Assembly: GCF_018350175.1 (NCBI RefSeq) | Contig: NC_058382.1 | Coordinates: 54,934,001-54,998,000, forward strand | DNA from: Felis catus | Taxonomy: Eukaryota | Length of the DNA stretch: 64,000 nt | Reading direction: 5' to 3' | Shown: positions 48,290 through 60,435 of the stretch, piece by piece | How positions within the stretch are numbered: the stretch's first letter is position 1 | How the letters are laid out: each line of letters starts with the position of its first letter | Position numbers and translations under genes: made by a program | Notes under the pieces: generated by a model | What the model was told of the DNA's origin: nothing | Databases searched by the model: none | Seen by the model: the letters and a program-made list of their open reading frames with translations, nothing else

Positions 48290-48705
48290 GGCACCCCATT
48301 GGAGGAACCCAGTTTGAAGGGTGTTCTGTAAAACCCCTGAGCAGTGTTCCTGAAAACTGTCAAAGGCAAACTTCAAGGGCAAAGAAGGTGGGAAACTGCT
48401 CCAGACTAGAGGATGTCAGGGCGATACGAGGACACGTGTGATGTGGCATCCTGGCTGGGACCCTGGCACAGGAGAGGGGCCCTGGGTGGGGGATGCAGTG
48501 ACGTCCAAACGACGCGTCCAGGCCAGCCGGTACTCAGTACCAATGCCGGTCTCTTGGTTGTGACTGGTGCTCCAGGGTCGTGAAGATGTCAACGTGAGGG
48601 GAAATGGGGTGACAGTGTAGCAGAAGTCGCCAGAAGTCCCTGTGCTGTCTTTGCAGCTTAAAAAAAAAAAATTCTAAAACAATCTGAAAATTAAAAAGTT
48701 TGAAA
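48290..48705 (+). mobile_element. L1MC/MD-type 3'UTR fragment
   Basis: ctgaaaactgtcaaagg...gggaaactgctccagactagagg...ccctgtgctgtctttgcagc. Confidence 0.7.
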
Positions 48706-48879
48706 GAAGAGGGGTAAGCGTCTGGTCTGAGTGGGGGAGGTCAGGGAAGGGCCCCACAGAACGCTGCTTCTGCGTCAGGGCTTGATGGTGGACTGAGGCC
48801 AACCTTACGGGGGGGCGGGGGGTGGGGGAGATGAACGGGGCAGAGGCACCCAGCCCACCTGCTGAGGGCAGTGCCCCCT

Positions 48880-49235
48880 GGTCACTCCTCCTCTGCTTTC
48901 TGTCACTAGGAACCTGACCATTTCAGGTGTCTCAAGGAAGGTGGAACGGAAGGGTGTTTGTATTTTTGTGACTGGCTCAGCGCACGTAGCGCTGTGTGCA
49001 TCCAGCCCACTTTCTTTGTCCGGTCACCTCCCCGCAGACCCTCGGGTTGCTTCCGCCTTCTGGTCGTTGTGAATAATGCTTATGTGAACAGGGATGTTCG
49101 AATGTCTCTCTGAGATCTTTCAGTTCTTGCGGGTCTACACCCAGAAGTGGGATGGCTGGATCATATGGTAGTTCTATTTTTAATTTCTTGAGGGATCTCC
49201 ATACCGTTTTCCAAAGCGGCTGCGTTCTTTTACCT
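48880..49235 (-). mobile_element. L1MB-type fragment
   Basis: ttgtgaataatgct...cccagaagtgggatggctggatcatatggtagttctatttttaatttcttgagg...ccataccgttttcca. Confidence 0.85.
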
Positions 49236-49244
49236 TCCCACGAG

Positions 49245-49357
49245 CCGCCGGGAGAGGCCGGGGATCCTTCTCAACACCACCCGAGGCCCAGGCCCGCCCC
49301 CCACCACAAGGAGCGATTTGGCCCCAAATGTCAGCAGTGCTAAGGTGGAGAACCCTG
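49245..49357 (+). mobile_element. MER20 3' half
   Basis: gaggccggggatcc...ccccaccacaaggag...tggccccaaatgtcagcagtgctaaggtggagaaccctg. Confidence 0.8.
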
Positions 49358-50059
49358 GACGCGAGCGAGAGAGGGGTGGAGGGAGACCCAGACTGAGTTT
49401 GCAGGGGCGGAGCTGGGCCCGTCCAGGCGTGCTGCCATGAACGTTGTGAGGAGCATGTCCTAGAAGAAGAAACACAATCATTGCAGCGGCGGAAGGGACC
49501 CCAGGAAGGGACTCAACGGGAAGTGCCTTTCTTGCGTTATCTTATTTAAACCCGCACCGCCGTGAGGGTGGCCGAGAAGGGTGGCCGAGAATGTGTCGAA
49601 AGTGGGCCGCCCACAGTAGGTCCTCAGGAACCCGAGCTTGCTTTCCTTGCCCACTACAGACTCACGGCCTGCAGACTGGGACCCTGCTCCCCCGTGTACT
49701 TTGTCCTCCGTAAGCGAGGCACAAACACCGGTGGTCAGGCCAGCAGATAAGGCAGCCGAACACACACAGCCCCTCCCGGCGGAACTTGTGTGGCCCGTGG
49801 TTGTGAGCGACGGGGTGGGGTTACCTGGCAACCAGGCCCACCGGCAGTTCTGCCCACCGCCAGCACCCCCACCCCGGCCACCAGGAGACTTCCTTCTGTG
49901 TGGGGTTCCCGGCTTCTTGGCACCCAAGGCAGGGCATGCTGGGCAGAGGAGAGGGTGTTGTTCCTTTGTTGTTCCATAATCAAAGAGACACCAGGCCTGG
50001 CCCTGAACAAGATTGACTGGGTTTGGGGAAAGAATGACGACAATTTATTATTACCGTAG

Positions 50060-50706
50060 CAGTCGTGGTTGTTTATTGAGTACCTGCTATGTGCTGGGTA
50101 TCTCGCTCATGATTCTTTTGTTCATCTGTATAGAGGGCCTGCTCTGAGCCTGGCCAGGGCTATTCCGGGCACAGGAGATACAGCAGTGAGTGTGACAGGC
50201 AAAGTCTTTGCTTCCACAAATCCTATATTCTGGTAAGAAGAGAGAATAAATATGTGAACAAATACATAGCATTTTAAGTAGTCATAGCTATTTTTGAAGA
50301 AACGTGGCAGGGGGAGGTGAGGCACAGTGGACTCAGGGTGTCATTTCCTGGGGTCAGGGAGAATATTGGAACAGAGCCTTCAATTAGGGGACCCAGTTGT
50401 GAAGACATTTAGGGGAAAGTGTGTGTGTGCAATGGCGGGCACAGCATGGGCAAAGGCCCTGTGGCAGGAGCAGGAGTGGCAGGTATAAGCAACTGCAAGG
50501 AAGCCAGCGGGGTTGGAACAGAATGGGTGAGAAAGAAGGTGGTGAGAGCCAAGACCAGAGAGAGTGGGGGTGGGCAGGTCACGGAGGGTCTTGCAGGCAA
50601 TTACCAGGGCTTTGGGTTTTCTTCTGGGTGAGAAAGGAGTCAGTCGTTGGAGGGTTTTGAGTAGAGGAGGGACACAATCTGACTTTGGCTTTACAAAGCA
50701 TCCCTC
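50060..50706 (-). mobile_element. L2 LINE fragments
   Basis: tttattgagtacctgctatgtgc...ggagatacagcagtgag...acagcatgggcaaaggccctgtggcagga...ggagggttttgagtagaggagggacacaatctga. Confidence 0.8.
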
Positions 50707-50707
50707 A

Positions 50708-50912
50708 GGGGCACCTGGGTGGCTCAATTGGTTAAGCGTCTGACTTCAGCTCAGGTCGTGATCTCACTGTTGGTGAGTTCGGGCCCCGCATCAGGCTCTG
50801 TGCTAACAGCCTGGAGCCTGCTTTGGATTCTGTGTCTCCCTCTCTTTCTGCCCCTCCCCTGCTCGTGCTCTCTTCTCTCTCGAAGAAAGACATTAAAAAA
50901 CTTTTTTAAAAA
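50708..50912 (+). mobile_element. CAN-SINE (SINEC_Fc-type)
   Basis: ggggcacctgggtggctcaattggttaagcgtctgacttcagctcagg; TSD gcatccctcag. Confidence 0.95.
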
Positions 50913-50944
50913 CGCATCCCTCAGCTGCTAGATGGAGAATAGTC

Positions 50945-51110
50945 TAAAACTCTGATCCGACGATTGTTAGCCGTGTGTGGCCATTTAAATTTAATTGGGC
51001 ACCTGTAAAGTTGTAAACTGAGTTCCTCAGTCACGGTTGCCACCTTTCAGGCACTCGCTAGCCGGTGCGGATAGCGAGCATTTCTGCCAACCCAGTAAGT
51101 CCTCTCGGGT
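50945..51110. mobile_element. MER3-like remnant
   Basis: tagccgtgtgtggccatttaaatttaatt...agttcctcagtcac...gccacctttcaggcactc. Confidence 0.65.
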
Positions 51111-51829
51111 GGTGCCGTCTGAGGGAGGCCAGTGTGCCCGACAGTCCAGGCAGGAGGTGAGGCTGACACTCGGCCGCTTGGTCTCACGGGCAGAGGCTGT
51201 GACGGTGGTCACTCTTGGCGCTGATCTGGAGGCGAAGCGGCCAGGACTTGCCCGTGGATCGGACGTAAGAGTGCAGAGTGGGCAAAAAGCCAAGGGCAGC
51301 CTGGTGATTGCTGGCTGGAGAGGCCGTCACCTCGTAACTCACCTGGCTGAGCACATGATGTGCGCCAGGCACAGGCCGAGCGCCGTCCGGGCCTCCTGGA
51401 ACCCCCATACCAGTCCCGTGTTACAGCAGAGCCAGTGGGGCCCCCGCGGAGGGGTGTGAGCTGCAAGGCCAGCCTGCTCAGGGTCCAAGCACCAGGATTC
51501 CAACCCCGGTCCTCTCGCTCTGTTCACAGGGCACGCCTCATGGCACTTCTCTCGGAAGCCATCCATGAGGTGCCAGACCCTCCCGCCCCCAAGCGAATTC
51601 ATCAGGGACCAGCCTGTAGTGCTGGCCATTCTCGGCTCTTGGGCCCGGGCGGTGGCCCCGTGAGAGTGGGTCACGTGGCGAAGCAGGGCTGCTGGGATGT
51701 CCGCCCCTTCCCAGCGACGCCCTGCCCGGTCTCGGGCAGACTAGCCCAGCTGGCCTTCTGGGAACCCTGCGTGGCTCACTCCTCAGTCCGGGGCCAACTC
51801 TGCGAGCGCCAAAGGGCTCCCAAGTTCAT

Positions 51830-51965
51830 ATCTCACAACAGTTCTGTGAGGGAGGTGGGCATTTCCCCCATTTTCCAAATGTGGAAACAGGCTCAGAGAG
51901 GTGCAGTCACTTGCTCAAAGTCACACAGCCGTGATGTAGGAGGGGTGGAATTTGAACTTAGAAAG
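51830..51965 (-). mobile_element. MIR SINE
   Basis: ccccattttccaaatgtggaaacaggctcagagaggtgcagtcacttgctcaaagtcacacagc. Confidence 0.85.
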
Positions 51966-52299
51966 TCCTTGCTCTTCGTCACTAGGATCTGCGGCCTCAG
52001 GGGGAAGCACTGGCGGGCAGGGCCTCCGTGGAGAGTCACGCGGTTGTCATTTCAGACCTTGTCACGGCCATGGGTTGAGTGGGCTGGAATTGCATGTGCC
52101 CTGGCAAGGCGCTGACCCCTCCGGAGAAAAGGGCTTCTCGTTCTTTGCACAAAGATTCCCCACCTCGCCAGGCCGTGGCCTGAATTGTCTGAGAGGTGGG
52201 GCTCCTTTTCTAATTGCCACCGCCTGGCTGGCCCCCCTGCATGGGGGACACAAGGAACCAGTGAGAACACGGTGAAGCCTGGAGGGCTGGCTGGGGAGG

Positions 52300-52480
52300 C
52301 ATCTTGGCTCAGTGGTCATGAGTTTGTGTCTTGGAGCCCACGGTGCTGGGTTCAAATCTCGGCATGGCCTCTTTTGCCTTTGTGACTCACGCAGCTCGTG
52401 AATTTCTATAAGCTGCAGTTTCCTTTGTGTTGTTATAAAGGGAATGTTGGTAATAATAACATCCTCCATCTGGTAGGGCA
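52300..52480 (+). mobile_element. MIR SINE
   Basis: cagtggtcatgag...ggagccc...ctgggttcaaatctcggc...cagtttcctttgtg. Confidence 0.65.
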
Positions 52481-53622
52481 GCCCCTTTCCGTGCGACTGG
52501 CTGCCTCTGCCCCACTGCAAGTTTTTTGGAGATTCAGACTCTCAGACCCTACCCTCCTGCACTATGGTCTGGATTTTGACAAAACTCTCCAGGCAGCCCG
52601 TCGGCACATTCAACGCGAGAGGCCGTGGTGTGGACTGAACAAGGTGATTCAGGCCCCGGCGAGCACAGGTAGTACGCTCCTCTGGGCGGGCACCTTCTGT
52701 CTCCTTGGTAGCTGTGTGGTCTTGAGCTGCCGGCCACGTACTCTGAACTCTCGTTATCACAGTGCTTGGTGGTGCGCAGATGAGGCGCCCTGGAAAACAG
52801 ATCGATGCCTGGGACAGCTTCCAGGTGAGTCGATGCTGTCTGACCGTTTACTGCACCTTGAAGAGCCAGGCTTCCAGGGCAGACCACAAGCTGGAGACCG
52901 GTGCTGCTGCCCTGCCTTGAGGGCGGAGCTCCGCGTAGCGCGCTGGAAGAACCGCATACCCCCGAGCCCATGGCCCGAGGGCCAGCCGCGCCTCTCCTTG
53001 CAGTTTTAGGGCAGATCGATATACGGTTTGAAGGAGCCCCGGGCTGGGGGGTAGAGAAGCAGGCGGCTCTCACATCTCGCCGGAGCCCAGGTTTCGATTG
53101 GCTGAATAAATCTCCCAGGGGAGGAAAGAGCACAGAGCGCACACAGGCGAGGGTGCAGGGTGGCTCGAGAGGGGCCGCGAGTACAGATGTGTTTGCAGCG
53201 GGCCTTCGTCAGTGTTGCCCTCTGCACACCAGCCCCCCGCCCCTTAAGTCACCTTCCTTGGGAGAGCTCTCCTAAGACACGTTCATGAAGACTTCCACAG
53301 GGCAAGCCTTTTAAAAGTGCGCGTGTGTATCTTTGCATGTGCGTGTTATACATCTGATGCTCTTGGAGCAGAGGTAACCCCACCCCGCTGTTAGAGAAGA
53401 GTCTCATCCCCATGGACTGCGGTTCTGAGCCCCTTGCTGGCAACCCCGGGGGCTCACGGGGGCCAGGGATGACAAGGACGAGGAAAAGGAGCAGAGCCCG
53501 CTGAGACCAGCCGCTCTTGACCGTCAGCGTAGCCGGCAGCACGGGCATCTGTTCCAGGAGCGTCGTTCCTGGGTAGGAGCAGGAGTGGTTGGGCTGCTCA
53601 GTATTGTACGTAAGCAAACCCT

Positions 53623-53832
53623 GGGCGCCCGGGGGGTACAGTCGGCGAAGCGTCCGACTCTTGGTTTTGGCTCAGGTCATGATCTCACAGTTCGCGAGTT
53701 CAAGCCCCGTATTGGGCTCTGTGCTGACAGCACAGAGCGTGCTTGGGATTCTCTCTCTTCTCTCGCTGCCCCTCCCGTGCTTGCGCTCTCTCTCTGTCAA
53801 ACTATAATAAGAAACAAACTTCAAAAACACTT
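53623..53832 (+). mobile_element. CAN-SINE
   Basis: gggcgcccggggggtacagtcggcgaagcgtccgactcttggttttggctcaggtcatgatctc; outer TSD taagc(a/c)aaccctgg at 53611 and 54041. Confidence 0.93.
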
Positions 53833-53834
53833 AA

Positions 53835-54040
53835 GGGACGCCTGGGTGACTCAGTCGGTTGAGCGTCCGACATCAGCTCAGGTCATCATGTCACAATTTG
53901 TGGGTTCGAGCCCCGTGTCGGGCTCTGTGCTGACAGCTCAGAGTCTGGAGCCTGCTTTGGATTCTGTCTCCCGCTCTCTGTCCCTCCCCTTCTCATACTC
54001 GTCTCTCTCTCTCTCAAAAATAAATAAATATTAAAAACAA
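53835..54040 (+). mobile_element. CAN-SINE (SINEC_Fc-type) inserted in the tail of the preceding SINE
   Basis: gggacgcctgggtgactcagtcggttgagcgtccgac...aaaataaataaata. Confidence 0.95.
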
Positions 54041-54699
54041 TAAGCCAACCCTGGTAATTCTGATGCCGGTGACTCTGCAGATCACACTTGCAGAAATTGG
54101 GCATTGGGGTAAGAATCAGCAAGTCGGACACATAATAGGTGCTCAGTCAACACTTGATGAGTTGTAGGTCTGTGTGTAGGAATGAATAAAACATACAAGA
54201 GCTCGTGGACGAATGTGCAGAAGAACAGTTTGCGAATGACAATATGCCGAGAGGGTGTCTGAGAAGGAGGGAACGCACGTGTGGCCGTGCGCGTGGATGA
54301 GGTTGGGGTTCCAGGACAGTGGGGGAGGGGCAGGACCTCCCGAGTGGGTTAAGTGAAGGGCGGTGCTCTGGTGTGTCTGGCGAGGGCCCGAATGTTCCAA
54401 GCGGGAGCTCGAGGCATTCTCCCCGAGGATAGGCTGGGTTCTGGGAGCGGGGTAGAAAGGGGACCGTTATTGTGGAATCTATATAAAGTCCCTGCGGGGA
54501 CCAGGGTCAGGGCAGCAGTGTGAACCTTAACCCAGAGTCTGGGCCCCGTCTGGGCCTAGAGAGATGCCTTTGACTCCACAGCCGACCTTCCACAGGGAAG
54601 TTTGTTCTTTTAGGTGCCGTTGGGTTTACTCTGAGGACGGGAGCCTTTCTCCCTCGTCTTCACTGCGGAAACCCCTGGGCATCCTGCGAGACCCACCGA

Positions 54700-55180
54700 G
54701 GAGCGCTGCCTGCGCGTGACCTTCCCCGTTCTAGGTGCGGACCACCGCAGCCCGGCTCGGGGCGCTGCGGGAAAGCGATCGGGGCAGGGGCTAGAAACCC
54801 GTGGCCCCTTCGTCTCAGTCTCCGTCTGCGGCTCCGCCTTCTTCTGTGGCGTCTCGCTGGAAAGGAGACTCCCCTGTTTCTCGCTCTTGTCTCTAGGCTC
54901 CCAAAGAAGCTCCCCATATGGCCAGGCCTAGGGCAGGGGCCGACCTCCGGACCAGTCACCGCGGCTACCAGGCGGCATCCTATGGTAACCATGGTGACCC
55001 CACCGCCAGTGGGGGCAGGGTCATTCGCAGGGGAGATGGAGAGCTTTCCAAAGGGTAGGGAGGGACAGCAACACGAGCGGCCCGGCCTGCACCCCACACC
55101 CAGGAAGACCTCACTTGCCTCCTCCCCTCTGATTCACGCTCCCAGTGGGAAGGCAGCGTTCAGCACACGCTTCTGCCATT
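54700..55180 (-). mobile_element. Possible ancient ERVL LTR (LTR16-like), CpG-rich
   Basis: Minus strand gtgactggtccggaggtcggcccctgccctaggcctggcca...gagtctcctttcc resembles the LTR16-family gtgattggtccag...acccaagctgggccaa segment; weak similarity only. Confidence 0.3.
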
Positions 55181-55824
55181 AGGTTCATCTCCCTTGGAGA
55201 CCGGGAGCTCCTTCAGGCCGTGCCGGCCTCGTCCGCCTTTCCCCAGTCCTGTGTCGGGGCCGGTGCACGGTGAGTGGGCACACGTGTCCCACGGGTGGAT
55301 GTGCCACCTCGCCCCCTCCTCCGCCATTCGGGACTGGGACCAGAGCGTGTCTCCGGGCCCTCCCAGCCAGCAGGAGGCTTCAGGAGAGAAACGAGGGAGA
55401 CGGAGACATAGTCGGTCCTTTGAGGCTGAAATCGGGCAGCGGGAGACGTGGAGGACCGTTGACTGTCATTTGTTTGGACAAGCGAGGCTTCTGCCACTCT
55501 GTCTCGGCCACTCTGGGGGAGACAAAGGCGCTTCTGATGGGAGGCTGCCCTCTCCCCAAGAAGGAGGGCGCGCCGGGGCGGCTGGATGCGTTTGCTTCCA
55601 GATGAAATTATGTGCTTGGGGTTTGAGTGGACTTAGGCCTCATTCATGCATGTCTGTTTGCTCAGCCTGCCAGGCCCCCGGACCTGGTCTCCCAGCCTCC
55701 TGGGGACAGATTGGGGCCTTGCTGTTCTTCCAGGGAGTTAAGGAGCATTGTCCTCCCCTGTGCTCTCTTTCTGCAGTAGGTACTGCTCAGGGCGCCCACC
55801 CCTGTGAAGCTGGGAGGGGGGCAT

Positions 55825-55990
55825 GGCGCTGGAGCCACACATAGCTCTTGGGTTTGCATCCCAGCTGTGCTACCCTTTAGCTGTGTGACCCTGGACATGT
55901 TACTTGACCTCTCTGTTTCCTCGTCTACACAGTGAGGCTCATCTTGTTTGCCTACAAGGTCTTGGCAAGGTTCTAATGCATTTGTACCTG
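55825..55990 (+). mobile_element. MIR SINE
   Basis: tagctgtgtgaccctggacatgttacttgacctctctgtttcctcgtct. Confidence 0.8.
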
Positions 55991-55999
55991 CTTCTCTAG

Positions 56000-56430
56000 G
56001 ACCCAGCAATCCTACTCTCAGTTATATTCCCGAGTGCTCTGTCCACCAGAAGACATGAGCAAGAATGTTCAAAGCAGCCTCAGCAATAGCCTAAAATTGG
56101 AAACAAGCCAAGTATCCATCACTGGTAGAATGGGAAACAAATTATAGCATGATCACACGAGGGAATAGTATACAGCCATGAAAAATGACGAATACTACAG
56201 ATGAATATCACAGATGTTGTGTTGCGCAAAATAAACCAGACACAGAGGGGTCCATACCGCATGATTCCGTTTATATGACGTTCAAGGGCAGATAAAACTG
56301 GCCTGTAGCAATAGAGGTCATAAGAGTGATGACTTCTGGGGGACACTGACCAGGAAGGGGCACGAGGGAGCCTTCTGGATGTGGGGTCATGATCCCGTGA
56401 GTGTGTTCATACCTGAATGTTCATGAGGCT
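56000..56430 (+). mobile_element. L1ME-type 3' fragment
   Basis: gacccagcaatcctactc...caagaatgttcaaagcagc...tggaaacaagcc...atgattccgtttatatga. Confidence 0.85.
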
Positions 56431-57074
56431 CCTGCACGCCATCAGTGCACGGGACCGGATGGAAGGACACCTCAGACCCTCCTGTCCCCCAGAGGGAAGG
56501 GTCCTGCAGCCATAACTGTTCTGTAGATGCTCATTGGAAGGAGTCCCAGGGCACACCCCCGGGTCTTTGCTGCCTGGTGTGAGAACCTGCTGACAAAGGG
56601 TCCGCAGCAGCCATGTTGTGCTTGCTGTGGCCGCTGGGCCTTGCGGGTCCTTGCGGGTCCTCGCGGGCCCTCATCGTCCTCAGAGTGCGCCGTGCCCGGT
56701 GTGGGGGCACAGTTGCTGCGGGCCGGGACCCCCTTTGGTTTTGCCTATGTCTGGCATATTTGGACTGTGAGAAAACACTGTGGCCCTGGGAGCATTTACT
56801 TAACCCTGAAGTCCTAGCCCCATGGTTGGAGGAGACAGACAGACAGACAGACTTGCCCTGGAAATCCCCTGGCTGCACCTCTGTGGGCCTCAGTTTCCAC
56901 TTCTGCAAGCATGATGCTCCCCGAGAGACGGCCTGTGCGATGTGCCAGCCCTTTCTGGCTCCAGTGCCCCTTCTCCATAGGACCCACCTTCTCGGCCTCT
57001 CTGCGCCCTGGCCCTTCTCTGCTTGGTTTCCTCTGCAGACTTGATCACAGCGTAAAGTTCATTTATTCACTCAT

Positions 57075-57180
57075 TGCTTCCTTGGCAGCTTCCCGAAGGC
57101 AGGGACTTTTGTCTGTTTTGTTCACTGCTGTATCCCCAGCCCTTGGCACATAGTAGGCACTTCATAAATTGTTGTTGGCT
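57075..57180 (+). mobile_element. L2 3' end
   Basis: ggcagggacttttgtctgttttgttcactgctgtatccccagcccttggcacatagtaggcac. Confidence 0.9.
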
Positions 57181-57949
57181 TGGCACGGACCTGTTAGCGG
57201 CCGTTAGAAGGTTCTCAATCTTTTCATGCCCAGGGCTTTCTTTGGGGTAGAATTGAGGCCAGAGAACTTCAATACACTCACCCAGGGATGGTGGGAGCTG
57301 TATGCCGAGTTGTTCAGTGTAAGATTCAACTTTTTTTAAAGCCAGAAGTCACTGACAGAGGAAGGGCCCACTTTGCAGAGGTGGAAACTGACGCCCAGAA
57401 AGGTGCAGGGCACCTGCCTTCTAGGGCAGCTTTGATAGTGAAGGAGGGTGAGGGGACCTCTGTGCCTTCCCCTTGGCGTTGACTGTGGACCGTGGCACGG
57501 TGGGTCGAGACTGCCTGCCCCTCTGACTTCCAGCTTGTTCTCCTCTGGTGCTCCGGCCACATGCCTGCCCTCTGCCCCCTGGAAGCGGGGACGTCAGGAG
57601 GGAGCTATGCTCCCGTCCTCAGGTGCAAGGCTGGCTGCCCGATGAAAACCCTGCAGTGTGTGGGCCGCCTGTCTCCCGTCTCGGCTTGGCAGGGGCCCAG
57701 AGCAAGGGCACCAGGCCTTGGGAGTGAGTCACTCTCTCTCCATGCCAGGCGGGAGCTCCAGGGGACAGGGGAGTGACCCCACAGGGGGCAGGCCACGTGG
57801 GGGGAGGCCCAGGCATGGCCCTCATGGCTTGCTGGGGGACGAGGGAGGAGAGTGGAAACTTTGACATTTGTTTCTTACTTTCAAGCCAGTTGGTGAGGAT
57901 CAACCTCACAGATCAACAACAGCCCTAAACCTTGGCTCTTTCTGTTTGA

Positions 57950-58340
57950 GAAACCACAAAGGAAAGGAGAACTGGATTTGGCTACATTTAAAAAAAAAAA
58001 AAGAAGGCACCCTTGAGCATGGAAAAACGGAGCGACACATCAGCCTTACTGTAAACCGATGTGAAAGGCAAATGACGAGCTGGGAAGATGCAGTTCCAGC
58101 ATATTTGACAAATAAAGAGTTAAATAACCTTAATACGCAGAAAGTGCGCGTGAATCAATAAGAAACTGACCACCTCTGGGGGGAAACGTACAGAGAGTCA
58201 AAGGAGAAATGCAGTGGCCAACATCTGTGAGGAAACGCCTCTCAGTAATGAGAGAAATAGGAAGTAAAAAGAAACCACGAAGCAGGTTTTCACCTGGAAA
58301 ACTGGCAAAGATTTAAATATGATAATGCATTTTCCAAGGA
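57950..58340 (+). mobile_element. Ancient L1 ORF2-region fragment
   Basis: gtgaaaggcaaatgacgagctgggaaga...catatttgacaaataaagagttaa...gaaatgcagtggccaac...ttggcaaag-like segment. Confidence 0.65.
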
Positions 58341-58459
58341 GGACAGGTGCGTCTCACACTTTTGTGGGTCCTCCCCGTCCCGGGTCCGTAACCCCCTCCC
58401 TCTGAATCGCTTACTTTTTGGCCGTCTCTTGCCTGCACTCTGGATCCACTGAGAATGTC

Positions 58460-58650
58460 AGTAGCTGCCACTCGTGAGCACCTACTGTATGCCAGGCATC
58501 CCACACATGCCGTCTCATTCTGGACAACCCATGCGGCATGGCTTACCGCCCCGTTTTGCAGATGAGGAAACTGAGGCTCAGCACGAAGGGACTTAGGCGA
58601 CACCTCACATTGGATAGTGGAGCCAGAATTTGAATCCAGAGATAACCGGC
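58460..58650 (-). mobile_element. MIR SINE
   Basis: gagcacctactgtatgccaggc...ccccgttttgcagatgaggaaactgaggctcag...tagtggagccagaatttgaatccag. Confidence 0.9.
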
Positions 58651-59869
58651 CCTCAAGGCCATGCTCTCCTTTCTCCTTCCCTCCTGGCCAGCATTGGGGC
58701 CCTGGCTCGCTCTCGGAGAGGACACTGGCAGGGGTCCAGGCTGTCCTGGCATCTCTGGTCTTCAGTTTGACTTTCCAGAAGCCACGGCCTGCAGGAGCTC
58801 CTCAGACAGGATCAGTCCTGCCACGGAGGCCAGTGGGTTACAGAGGCACGTCCCCGTCTTGGCCAGGTGCTGTTCGGTGCTTTTGCTTTACTGGGGCAAA
58901 TTATCCCATGAGAATCTGAACCCTGAACTCAGTGTGGGAGTGTGGTTTTCTCGTGAAACCTGGGAGCGCTGAGGGCAGAGCATCACACACACACACACAC
59001 ATGTGTGCACACACGCGCACACACCCCCGTCTTGCCTGCCCTCGAGAGGGCGGTGTGGCCTGGTGGTGGAGAACGTGGATGAGGGTTCAGACTGCCCGGG
59101 TTGGAGTCTGCTTTCTGCAGAGTGGTGGCTTTTCTGGGCGGGGGGTGGGGGAGCCTGGATTTGGAGGGTTGAGCAGTTTCCACAGTGTAAATACTCCCGC
59201 TGTGGCCAAAACAAGACCGCTGAATGCAGACGAGGAAGAGGCGCACACAGCTGGCCTCCGGGAACCAGGAAGGGCCAGACCCGTCACACGCCATGACCGC
59301 TGCCGCGCGTCCCGGTGGGTGAGACCCGTGCTGCTGTGCGGTGAGAACCTGGGCTTGAACCTGACACGGCCATTTCCCGGTGATGCCTTATTCCGAGCCT
59401 CGGTTTCCTCCTCTACAGAACGTTCTGACAACAGCTTCCTTGAAGGTGGGGGTGGGGGGTTGGGTTCGAAGTGGCCGAGGCCGAAAGGCCCTTTCACGGG
59501 GCTTGTCACGTCTTCAGTGAGGGAGCCACGCTGTTGTGTCAGGCCTGGGCTGGCTGGGCCCTGGCCAGGGGACTCTGAGCATCTACCGGCTGAGCCCCTT
59601 CTTCCTTTAGGCCCCAGCAGGGCCTGGAGAGGAGACGTGGGCGGCGGGGGTGGGGGGGGTGAGCGAGGGGCTGAAAACACCTGTTTGAAGCAGATACCCG
59701 CTATCCAGTTCTGGAGGTCCCTGGTTCCTGGTCTCCTTCCCACACCACCTTTGGGTCTTCAGTCATCAGCTCCCCCCCCCCCCCCCCCCTCCCATTAACA
59801 GCCTCAGTAAAGAGGGAGGAATAGCATTGGCCATACCTTAAGAGGCTTCTGGTAGGGGCTTCCTTCCGA

Positions 59870-60435
59870 GGAGCAGAGTACAGAAAGGGGAAGAAAGGAA
59901 TAACCTGACAGTGGAGAAACCTGCCAGCATCCCTTGGCCCGCCGGTCACGGCCGTCGGCAGCCATGACGAGTCATGTGACGGCATATGCACCCTGGCTAT
60001 GATGTGAGGAGAGGGGCACCGTACCTCTGGGGACCTCCTCCCTCCAGCCCACAGGCCCGGTCTAATCAGGAGAAAAACATCAGACCAACCCCCCCCTGAG
60101 GGACATTCTGCAAAATACCTGACTGGCACCCCTCACAACTGCCCAGGTCATCAAGAACAAGAAAAGTCTAAGCAACTGTCACAGCCCAGAGGAGCCTGAG
60201 ATGGCGAGACAACAAAGTGTAGTGGGGTGATGGGATCCTGGAACTGAAAAGGAATGTGAAATTAAAACCGTGGAAATCCGAATCAGGCACGAACTTTCAC
60301 TATAGTATTATTTCACTAGTTGTTAACAGGTGCACCACATTCACGTACGTAGGGGAACCAGAATGTGGTACCTGTGGGAACTCTGTGCTATCCTTCCCAT
60401 TTTTCTGGAAACCTGCAATTGTCCTAAAAAGTGTA
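59870..60435 (+). mobile_element. L1MC/MD-type 3'UTR fragment
   Basis: acagtggagaaacctg...ctaatcaggagaaaaacatcagac...gagggacattctgcaaaatacctgac...gggaactctgtgctatcctt. Confidence 0.8.

Noticed and set aside
56639..56671. Short 10-bp tandem (ccttgcgggt) x~3
   Set aside because: Ordinary slippage repeat with no further structure.
58932..59798. 288-aa ORF (+) and overlapping antisense ORFs
   Set aside because: Runs through a (CA)n tract, a MIR-like segment and poly-G/C runs; no known homology recognised.
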